NCBI GenBank assembly: GCA_046758445.1
Contig: JBHIAE010000004.1
Span: 41,547 to 105,546, forward strand
DNA: 64,000 nt
Direction of reading: 5' to 3'
Origin: Candidatus Thorarchaeota archaeon
GTDB lineage: Archaea; Asgardarchaeota; Thorarchaeia; Thorarchaeales; Thorarchaeaceae
Shown here: positions 48,959 to 57,592 of the stretch, piece by piece
Numbering within the stretch: the first letter of the stretch is position 1
Layout: each line of letters opens with the position of its first letter
Notes under the pieces: generated by a model
Told to the model about the DNA's origin: nothing
Database searches by the model: none
The model's input: only the letters and a program-made list of their open reading frames with translations
Program-made: the position numbers and the translations under genes

Positions 48959-50173
48959 TCAGCCTATGTGAACGAACTCAACAGCTCCCTCTTCACAAAC
49001 GACGGCGCACAAGCCACATCCATCACATTTCTCGTTATTGACGAGTGCTACTCCTTCTCTCATCTGAATTGCAACGTATCCACCATCGGCACATGCAACG
49101 ACGCAATCCTTGCAGCCTGTACACTTCTCTTCAATCACCTTGGCAACAAGCGGAGGGAGCTTGCTGAGAGCCGTCCACGAGGTGATTTTTGGGAGGGCCT
49201 TGCCAATCATCGCATCCAGTGTTTCATAGCCAATGCGTTCCATGAACCCTATCATTCCGTCAGTCATCTTGCTAATGATTGAAAAACCATGCCACATGAC
49301 AGCCGTACACACTTGCAGCGTGCTGGCACCGACCATGAGATACTCCACAGCACTTCTCCAGTCCTCAATGCCTCCAATTCCAGAAATAGGTGTCTTCGGA
49401 AGTGCTTTGGCAATCTGAGATACGACTCGAAGCCCTATTGGCCGCACAGCGGGACCACAGAGACCCCCGTAGGTGCTGAGCTGTTCATTCTGGTCCAGCC
49501 CATAGGCCACTGGGATAGGCGTAGCCGTTTCAACGTCGATGCCTATGAGTGACTCCACGGTGTTGATGGCTGACAGCCCGTCAGCACCTCCTCTCACAGC
49601 TGCCTCAGAAACAGGCACGATGTCTGTGACGTTTGGCGTTAGTTTCACAAGTATCGGAAGGTCAGTCCCTTTCTTTGCCGCCCGCGTGACCTGCTCAACC
49701 AATGATGGGTTCTGGCCGATGAAAGCACCCATGTGTTCCTCGGGTGAACCATGAGGACACGAAACATTGAGCTCGATGGCGTCAGCTCCAGTCTGAGACA
49801 TGGTTTCCGCCAGTGCGGTCCAACCCTCAGGCTCTAGCCCACTCATCATGCTGGCTACAAATATGAAGTCGTCAGGGGCCTCTCTCTTTATCTTTGGAAT
49901 CCAGTCTTCAGTCCAAGTAGTCAAGGGCTCGCGAGAGAGAAGCTCGATGTTGTTCATCCCAATTGGTTTGCCGCTCCTTCGAAGAACACCCAACCGCGTT
50001 CGTGGATCAACGGTGGGTTCCTCCGTGACTGTCTTCATGACGGCCCCTCCCCAGCCGAGTCGAGCGGCTCTCAGGATGTGACGAGCGTCCATCGTAGGGG
50101 GCGCGGAGGAAAGCAAGAATGGATTCTTGAAACCAATTCCTGCGAACTCGACTGATAAAAGGTTGTCAGACAT
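48959..50173 (-). CDS. preA: Dihydropyrimidine dehydrogenase subunit PreA
   Basis: NPFLLSSAPPT, GWGGAVMKT, NNIELLS, ELNVSCPHG, KLTPNVTDI and VCTAVM; C-terminal ferredoxin-type Cys motifs. Confidence 0.92.
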   Translation of the reverse strand: MSDNLLSVEFAGIGFKNPFLLSSAPPTMDARHILRAARLGWGGAVMKTVTEEPTVDPRTRLGVLRRSGKPIGMNNIELLSREPLTTWTEDWIPKIKREAPDDFIFVASMMSGLEPEGWTALAETMSQTGADAIELNVSCPHGSPEEHMGAFIGQNPSLVEQVTRAAKKGTDLPILVKLTPNVTDIVPVSEAAVRGGADGLSAINTVESLIGIDVETATPIPVAYGLDQNEQLSTYGGLCGPAVRPIGLRVVSQIAKALPKTPISGIGGIEDWRSAVEYLMVGASTLQVCTAVMWHGFSIISKMTDGMIGFMERIGYETLDAMIGKALPKITSWTALSKLPPLVAKVIEEKCTGCKDCVVACADGGYVAIQMREGVALVNNEKCDGCGLCAVVCEEGAVEFVHIG

Positions 50174-50354
50174 GAATGATCGCTCCTCCAATCTGAGTTG
50201 ATGCCACTGCCTCCCCTAAAGTCTTTGTTTATAATCGGGGCCTGTTGAAATGAAACCAACTCACGCAGGCATGAAACCAAGATGACAAGGATATTGGATC
50301 CGAAAAGAAGGGACTTCTGGACTGGTACGGAGCTGAGTCGTCGACACACAGAAA

Positions 50355-51089
50355 TCAAGGATGCCCAGTTCTGGAAATGGAAAAGAGAAGACCCTCAATA
50401 CCCTTTACAATCACATTCTTGAACCCGTTCTTCTCCAAGATCATCCGCAGCTGGTCTTCATCTAGCCCTGGTGGATTCTTTAGGCCAAAGAACTGCTCGA
50501 AATAGACTCTTGCAAAGATGTTGTCAGTCTTCTCAATCTCAATTATCACCAGAGCGCCATTTCCCTTTAGCGCTCCTTTAAGATGGTTAATGCGATTTGT
50601 AATCTCGTTCAGCTCGTTTCCCATGAAGCATCCGACACCCAAGAAGCTAACGACCATGTCGTAATGGCTACGAATGACAGGCGCGTCTTCCGAAAAGATA
50701 AGGTCGTTTCCTGCGAGGACACGTCTTATGCTCTCATGATTCAATGTGCATAGAACCCTCTGACGGTGTTTCAGTTGAAGCAGTCCGGTTACGTCTTCCA
50801 TCACCCTAGCGAGAAGCTGTGACTCGTCATTGCAGAATGTCTTCACCGCATGTACAAGATACCCTCTGAGATGTTCTATGCCATACCGAGTTGGAAAGTA
50901 CACCTTCCTGCGGGTCATTCCCGTTTCCACAGTCTCAAAGTCTATGAGCTCTTTCTTCTTGAGCGAATCAAGAACTGGATAGATTGTGCCGGGGCTTCTG
51001 AGGCCCAGTCTGTCCATCAGTTAAACTCCGCAGAACGGCATTTCCCTGAGAGTCAAGAGCACTCTTGCTTCAAGTGGACCAGCTATCAT
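50355..51089 (-). pseudogene. PadR wHTH fused to a degenerate methyltransferase-fold domain; in-frame TAA near the 5' end
   Basis: MIAGPLEARVLLTLREMPFCGV*LMDRLGLRSPGTIYPVL with TAA at 51021-51023 where PadR proteins usually have Glu; C-terminal YDMVVS, LKGNGALVIIE and LEKNGF. Confidence 0.7.
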
Positions 51090-51204
51090 CTTTTCGGTGG
51101 CTAGCAAGGCATCGCCCACTATCGTGTGCCGATACTCTCGTTTATACGCCTATTGAACAGAGTAATGTTCGACCACTGACACTACATGTCGACATCTTCA
51201 GGAT

Positions 51205-53172
51205 TTGAACAGGATGAGTTATGTCTATATGAAGGCCCTTGAGTTGGCTCCCGAGCGATACGATAAGGGAATAAGCTGGCTTGGATGGGGTGGGCTTGAT
51301 GACATTCGGACCAAGATAGCAGACCTTGCCGAAACAGAAGGAGAGAACGTTCTGGATATTGGGGTTGGCACTGGCACACAGGTGCTAATGTGTGCTGAAC
51401 GTGGCTTGAGTGTTGTGGGGATTGACCACTCTCCAGGGATGCTATCAGTTGCCCGCAAGAAACTAGAAACGATGCATGAAGAGGGGGGAGAGTCCAGTGT
51501 AGCTGCGTCCAGAGTCGTGCTGATGCAGAGAGCAGCCGTGGAAATGGATGAGTTCTCCGAGGAGTCATTTGGGCTAGTTACATCTACTCTAGTCTTCTCA
51601 GAACTCTACGAATCAGAACAGAGATACGTCCTCGCCAATGCGTTTCGCATCCTGAAACCTGGAGGTGCCTTGATACTAGCAGACGAAGTCGTACCTGATA
51701 AGAGACTGAAACGCTTCGCTCATGCAATCCTCGCTACGCCCTTGAAGCTCCTAACATATCTGCTTACACAGACTAGCACTAAGCCCACTCAGAACTTGGT
51801 TAGAAGAGTTGAGGAGGCAGGCTTCGCGATTGAAGAAGTTGAGAAATATCAGCTCGATTCATTCCAGTTGATTCTCGCTCGTAAGCCAGAGAATCACATC
51901 TCAGACCTCGACTCCCATCGCTCATCCGAATCTGGAATCATCGGTCCTCCAAGAGGTGGCTTCTTGTCCACAGCGTGGCAGACTGCAGCAAGGATGATCG
52001 GGCACTCCACAGAGATTGGACTGATTCCGGTGGGCACACCTACTAGGGATAGCCCAGTTCTCTGCACCTGTAACTTCAATTTGACAGTTCGTCGCCTCGT
52101 TGGGCTTCTAGAACGGGAGGAGATAGATGCTTGGATTCTTGTAGCGCCTACGGGTGGGCACAATGTGTGGTGCGCTTCAGAGGCCGAAGAGTTCAATGCA
52201 GGGTCTGTGATCACTGCAATCAAGATCTCCAACTTGGAAGAGTGGGTGGACCATCGTAGAATCATTCTCCCCCAACTTGCTGCTCCAGGTGTTGACCCAG
52301 GCAGGGTTAGAGAGGTGACAGGATGGAACTGCGTATGGGGCCCGGTCCACATGGATGACTTGCCACGCTTTCTCAACGATTTGCCTGGCTCGATTCGGAA
52401 CAAGACCAAGAGGCAGAGGAGTGTCAGATTCGACCTCAGGGACCGTATTGAGATGGCAACAACAGTCTTACTCCCAACATTCTTGATCTTGTTGGTCCCT
52501 CTCCTAGTTGTCTTTGTGTTTCTTGATTCATGGGTTTGGGCACTTCCGATCTTTGCAGAAACTGCGCTCTTCTACTATGGAGTCTTTCTGTTCTGGCCAA
52601 GAATCCCAACAAGACTCGGTACAAGGAAGGTCGCCATTTGGACCTTGGTATTCTTGGTATTCTTGTTCACGATTTCGTGGGTAGTTACAGGCTACCTCGG
52701 AATCCCAGTCCCGTCAGCTTCATCCTTTCAGGGGTCCTATGCAATGCTAAACTGGTTGCCACTTGAGATTCTCGTGCCTGTCCTTGCTATCGCCTTGGCC
52801 TATGACGCTGATGGCTCAACACCCAATCAGAGGAGTACTCTGTTCACAAGAGCATGGAACACAGGGGAAATCCATGTACGAGAGAGATGGGGGGCTAAAC
52901 TGGTCACGACACAGTATGGCAAGATAACTGCCGACGTCAAGTCATGTACCGGATGCGGCATATGCGTGGATGTCTGTCCGATGCAGATTCTTGGCATGGA
53001 TGATACCGGCAGGAAGGTTTCCCTCCAAGACCCGGACTCTTGTATCAACTGTCGTGCCTGCGTGAATCGATGTCCAAATGATTCACTATTTCTGGTACCT
53101 GAAACGGAAGCTGGATGGCGAGCGTTTGAGAAACTACAGAATGCACAAAGGCATTCCATGAAAGCCGTTTGA
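51205..53172 (+). CDS. Triple fusion: SAM methyltransferase (CpaM-like) + HgcA-like corrinoid domain/TM + HgcB-like 2x[4Fe-4S] ferredoxin
   Basis: VLDIGVGTG; PVLCTCNFNLTV, GHNVWCAS, IILPQLAAPGV and WGPV; 4 TM; CTGCGICVDVCP and CINCRACVNRCP. Confidence 0.85.
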   Translation: MNRMSYVYMKALELAPERYDKGISWLGWGGLDDIRTKIADLAETEGENVLDIGVGTGTQVLMCAERGLSVVGIDHSPGMLSVARKKLETMHEEGGESSVAASRVVLMQRAAVEMDEFSEESFGLVTSTLVFSELYESEQRYVLANAFRILKPGGALILADEVVPDKRLKRFAHAILATPLKLLTYLLTQTSTKPTQNLVRRVEEAGFAIEEVEKYQLDSFQLILARKPENHISDLDSHRSSESGIIGPPRGGFLSTAWQTAARMIGHSTEIGLIPVGTPTRDSPVLCTCNFNLTVRRLVGLLEREEIDAWILVAPTGGHNVWCASEAEEFNAGSVITAIKISNLEEWVDHRRIILPQLAAPGVDPGRVREVTGWNCVWGPVHMDDLPRFLNDLPGSIRNKTKRQRSVRFDLRDRIEMATTVLLPTFLILLVPLLVVFVFLDSWVWALPIFAETALFYYGVFLFWPRIPTRLGTRKVAIWTLVFLVFLFTISWVVTGYLGIPVPSASSFQGSYAMLNWLPLEILVPVLAIALAYDADGSTPNQRSTLFTRAWNTGEIHVRERWGAKLVTTQYGKITADVKSCTGCGICVDVCPMQILGMDDTGRKVSLQDPDSCINCRACVNRCPNDSLFLVPETEAGWRAFEKLQNAQRHSMKAV

Positions 53173-53391
53173 GAAAGATCTGCCTAGCTGTCAGAGGACA
53201 AAAGAAGAGAAGCAGACTCTTCACATGAAACACAGAACTACGTCTATCATTCATACTGGTGTCGACGTGCTAGGCGGCTTGAACACATGGCGCTCAATGT
53301 GAGGCTTCTTAATCATGCTTTTCGCTGACTAACAAAGTCTTTAGGACGGGGGAACATGCTGTATACTACTGACAGAGGATTGGTGGGAAGA

Positions 53392-54729
53392 ATGACTGAT
53401 GACCTGATTCCTGAAGACCTCCGCAAGGAATACACCAAAGAAGAGATTCTAGAGATTGAGAAGAAGCATATGGCACCTGCAGTGGCCCACTATTATGAGA
53501 ATCCTGTCCTACTAGTCCGAGGAGAAGGAGCCACATTGGAGGACAGCTCCGGCAAGTCCTATATCGACCTCTTCGCGGGCATCTGCACGACAATCACCGG
53601 ATACTGTCACCCAAAGTATGTTGCTACAATCAATTGGCAGGCCGAGCGGCTGGTCTACACAAGCTCCATGTATGCCACCATTCCGTATGCGGTTCTTGTG
53701 AAACGACTTGCTGAGATAGCTCCGAGGGGCCTCACTCAGTCTTTCATCGTCAACAGTGGTTCAGAGGCGAATGAAGCTGCCCTTTTTATGGCACGCAAGT
53801 ATGTGGGCAATCCCTACATTGTGGCATGCCATCACGCGTATCATGGTCGGACTACTCTTGCGAGAGAACTCTCAAGTGCTGGATGGCGCACGGTCCCGGA
53901 GAGCCATCCATCGGGCGTGCGTTTTGTTCCATACGGATACTGTTATCGTTGTAGTTTTGGCAAGGAGTTTCCGGAGTGCGACATAGAGTGTGCCCGTTAC
54001 CTTCGAGAAGTGATACGTGCAGAGACCAATAGTGCCATTGGGGCTTTCATAGCTGAACCCATTCAGGGGGTTGGCGGCATCATTCAACCACCTCCGGAGT
54101 ACTTCCAGATTATTCATGAAATCGTGAAGGAGTATGGAGGACTGTACATCTCTGACGAAGTACAGACAGGGTTCGGTCGAACTGGCGGCAAGTGGTGGGG
54201 GATACAGCATGCAGATGTGGATCCAGACATCATCACAATGGCAAAGGGCTTTGGCAGCGGCATTCCAATTGCCGGATTCGTCACTCGTCCTGAGATCGCC
54301 GAAGACTATACAATCTCTGACGGTTTCGCCACTTATGGTGGCAATCCTCTGTCCTGCGCGGCCGCAGTGGCCGTGATAGAGATCATCCAAGAGAGCAACT
54401 ACTTAGAGAGAGCCACGAAACTGGGGAGTCACCTGAAGAAGAGGCTGGAGTCACTCCAAGAGGACCACGGGCTAGTTGGAGAGGTTCGAGGCCAAGGCCT
54501 GATGCTGGGAGTAGAACTCGTCCGCGACCGTACCACGAAAGAACCTGGAAGCCAAGAGATGCTTCAAGTGATGGAACTATGCAAGGACAGAGGGCTAATG
54601 ATTGGGAAAGGTGGAATTGACGGCAACGTGATCAGAATTCAACCTCCACTAGAACTCACCAAGGCCCAAGTGGATGAGGCATGCACCGTCCTAGATGAGG
54701 CATTCTCGGAAGTCGAGAAAGGCCTCTGA
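53392..54729 (+). CDS. Class III aminotransferase (AGXT2/PydD-like, probable beta-alanine transaminase)
   Basis: YIDLFAGI, NSGSEANE, AEPIQGVGG, DEVQTGFGRTG and MAKG; substrate inferred from pyrimidine-catabolism context. Confidence 0.88.
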   Translation: MTDDLIPEDLRKEYTKEEILEIEKKHMAPAVAHYYENPVLLVRGEGATLEDSSGKSYIDLFAGICTTITGYCHPKYVATINWQAERLVYTSSMYATIPYAVLVKRLAEIAPRGLTQSFIVNSGSEANEAALFMARKYVGNPYIVACHHAYHGRTTLARELSSAGWRTVPESHPSGVRFVPYGYCYRCSFGKEFPECDIECARYLREVIRAETNSAIGAFIAEPIQGVGGIIQPPPEYFQIIHEIVKEYGGLYISDEVQTGFGRTGGKWWGIQHADVDPDIITMAKGFGSGIPIAGFVTRPEIAEDYTISDGFATYGGNPLSCAAAVAVIEIIQESNYLERATKLGSHLKKRLESLQEDHGLVGEVRGQGLMLGVELVRDRTTKEPGSQEMLQVMELCKDRGLMIGKGGIDGNVIRIQPPLELTKAQVDEACTVLDEAFSEVEKGL

Positions 54730-54738
54730 CATGGCTTC

Positions 54739-55605
54739 TCAGAGCCTAGTGAGGTCGCCATAGCTGTCTGGTCGGCGGTCTCTGTAGAACTGCCAGACAT
54801 TGCGAACTTCTCGAATCATGTCAAGGTCGACATCGGCTACAATGAGTTCCTCTTTTTCACGCGAGCCTTGGGCAATAATCTGACCTCGCGGATCTGCTAC
54901 GTAGGAGCTTCCATAGAACATACCAGTCTTCCAGGGCTCCTCACCCACTCGGTTTATGGCGGCAATGAAATATCCGTTGGCAATAGCATGTGCAGGCTGT
55001 TCAATAGTCCATAAGTGTTCAGAGAGTCCAGCCACTGTTGCGGACGGGTTGAAGACAATCTCAGCGCCGTTCAGACCAAGAGCACGAGCCCCCTCTGGGA
55101 AATGACGGTCATAGCAGATGTAGACACCCACCTTGGCAAATGCAGTGTCGAAGACGGGGTAGCCAAGATTACCTGGGCGGAAGTAGAACTTCTCCCAAAA
55201 GCCGGGGTCCAGATGGGGGATGTGCATCTTCCTCATCTTGCCCAGCAGGCTCCCGTCAGAGTCAATGACAATGGCAGTGTTGTAATAGACGCCAACTGAT
55301 TCCTCCTCGTACATGGGGGCGATTAGAACGAGGTTGTGCTCTTTGGCTAGCTCGCACATCCGTTCTGTCAATGGACCCGGGATGGGTTCTGTGTATTTGT
55401 ACCAGCGTCGATCTTGCTCAGCAGGGAAATAAGGTCCGTAGAACAGCTCTTGGAAACACAGAATCTGAACATCCTGTTGCTTGGCTATAGTGGCAAAACC
55501 TTCGTGTTTCCTAATCGTCTTCTCGATGTTTTCCTCGAGGGTTTCTTCATCGGTGACATCGCCTTCCCATTGAGCCTGAACAAGGCCTACACGCACGTTT
55601 CTCAT
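54739..55605 (-). CDS. Nitrilase-type beta-ureidopropionase (PydC-like)
   Basis: CFQELFYGPYF, RKMHIP, FWEKFYFRPGNLGYPVF, ICYDRHFPE and WQFYRDRRP. Confidence 0.92.
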   Translation of the reverse strand: MRNVRVGLVQAQWEGDVTDEETLEENIEKTIRKHEGFATIAKQQDVQILCFQELFYGPYFPAEQDRRWYKYTEPIPGPLTERMCELAKEHNLVLIAPMYEEESVGVYYNTAIVIDSDGSLLGKMRKMHIPHLDPGFWEKFYFRPGNLGYPVFDTAFAKVGVYICYDRHFPEGARALGLNGAEIVFNPSATVAGLSEHLWTIEQPAHAIANGYFIAAINRVGEEPWKTGMFYGSSYVADPRGQIIAQGSREKEELIVADVDLDMIREVRNVWQFYRDRRPDSYGDLTRL

Positions 55606-55696
55606 TGTCAACACTCCAAAGATTTCGCAAATCGGAGTGTGGTTCCCTCATCTAATAGGCATTTCCTAAAGAGCCCGATTCTCACACTTCAGGTAA

Positions 55697-55950
55697 GTGA
55701 TACTCAACTGCGAGAAACTCATGCGTTCCGCCCTTCTCCTGCCAGTGTCGCCACCTCCCGCATCCCATAGGGAATTGAGATTAGCAGGGGCTTTGTCTGC
55801 GCTCATCGGGATGGCATCCCTCCTTCAGTCCTGGCTTCCTTCTCCTGTCGTACTCTGGACGTGCCATTTCCAGCGACAGAGAGAGTTTCCGCATCTCTTT
55901 CCACGGCGGGGTCTTCATCACCCATCCCAGGTTCGTCACCGAAACTGAGA
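55697..55950 (-). ncRNA. Putative omega/reRNA scaffold overlapping the tnpB 3' end
   Basis: Hairpins CTGTCG..CTGGA/TCCAG..CGACAG and GGGAT/ATCCC; CAGGAGAAGG present twice; position typical of TnpB reRNA; boundaries are guesses. Confidence 0.45.
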
Positions 55951-57491
55951 AGGTCCGTCTGGACATGGTGAGCAGCCGCGGACTCCCCAAGGTCTGACAC
56001 CTGACCCTTTGAGGGGAGTAAGGACCTCCGTCGAGAAGAGCGAGTTCTCTCTCGGGCTTTCGGTCGTGAACGCTTCGCTGCCCTCTGGACAGAGTCGGCC
56101 CACTTACCTAGTCCTCTCACTCCGTGCAAAGACTTCGTGAGCGTGATGAGTCGTCCGGCGATGTTTATGGCTCCGTTCCTGTCGGCGTTGGACTTGTGAC
56201 CGCATGTTGAACATACGAAGTAGTTCTGCCTGGGTCTGCTTCCTTTATTGCCGCATTTCCAGCATAGGATGGAAGTCCAATTCTCGGGGACTGTTCTGAA
56301 CTTGGAGTCCTTGCCCTCGACAGTCCAGCCAAGCTGGGCAAGCTGATGCTTTAGGGCTTCAGTGATTCTCGCGAATGCCCAACGGTGAATCATTCCTCTG
56401 AACCTATGTCCCCTATTGCTGCCTTTCCGTGCAGCACGACGGATGTTCTTGAGTCGTCCAATCGCTACATGAAGTGTGTACTTCTCAGACAGATTTGAGA
56501 TATAGCCTGTGAGCAGCTTCACGAGATTGCGGTCATACTCTCTCGCCACTCGCTCTCTCTTTCCCCTTAGAGCCCTCAGCTCAAGTGTGAGCTTGTCATA
56601 GCTTTGTCTGTTGTTGCGCCTTGTGTCCATGTTATGCTGGATGTCAGCAACTCGTCGGTCCAACTCCCTGATTTGTTGTACCTTGCTCCTTTGCACAAAG
56701 TATCTGGTTTCTCGAACCTTGGTGGGTGTGACCAGCGTCGTACATGCAGCCTTCTCGATGCTTAGGTCTATTCCTAGGATTGCAGGAGGAAGATAATCAA
56801 TCTCCTGTTCAGGTGTGTCAACACGAACTGCAAACGTCACCCACCATTTTCGATATTTGTCGGTGAAGATCTGTAGTGCCTTCACTTCACCCCTTTTCAT
56901 CTGGTTGAGATGGAAGGGAGAAATCTTGAGCGGAATCAGAAGTCTGTCATGGACCCTCTGGCCCGCAGGAACAGAGTCTAATGAGTCGCGAAGATCAAGC
57001 CACCAGCTAGCCCCAGAGGTATGATGCTCCGATATCTTGAACCGCTGATTGAAGATCCACCTAGGAATCCTTCTTGTACTATTAGCAACACATGGTCGTG
57101 ATGCCCTGCGCCCTTTCTGCCTGCGAAGCTCTAGGTATCTTTCATACATGAAGACATCTGTCTGCCGACACTCAGTAAGCTCATTCCTGGACATACGGGA
57201 GAAACGGACCTTGAAGTCATGAGGAACGGTCAACCTCTGAGCGTATCCGGCCTTGACTTTGATAGCGGTCATTGTGAGCTTGTCTAGCTTGCCATCGTGA
57301 ATCCGATTCTTGTTACGACTCGTCAGCAATTCGTGTTCATGTTGTTCAATGATACCCAAGAAGGAACGGATGGCTCTTGAGTCGCGACCCACAATCTGTC
57401 TGAGTCGCTGCCGCGTTCTCTTGGTCATTCCATCCAAGTTGATTGGGACCTTGACAGAGATTGTGACACCTTTGGACCGAGCCATCCCCAT
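55803..57491 (-). mobile_element. tnpB: Solo TnpB-family RNA-guided nuclease (no tnpA) with rearranged RuvC-II
   Basis: LGIDLS (RuvC-I), VAIGRL, VPENWTSILCWKCG, CSTCG zinc finger and NADRNGAINI (RuvC-III); lies between divergent pyd genes. Confidence 0.88.
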
Positions 57492-57592
57492 TCGTCTTTC
57501 ACTCTCTCTTATGTTCCGTAGAAGACTATTGAACTCGTACTTTCCTAAACCGATTTATGCAAGGCACCCCAGTAGTCTGCGGAGGCATTTCT

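Noticed and set aside
51205-53172. Calling the fusion a bona fide mercury methylase (hgcAB)
   Set aside because: The cap helix deviates (NVWCASEA), the HgcB terminal cysteines are missing, and fused forms are not demonstrated methylators
55662-57555. TTTCCTAAA..CGATT on both sides of tnpB as a target-site duplication
   Set aside because: The match is imperfect, both copies sit where minus-strand promoter boxes are expected, and IS200/IS605-type elements do not normally create duplications
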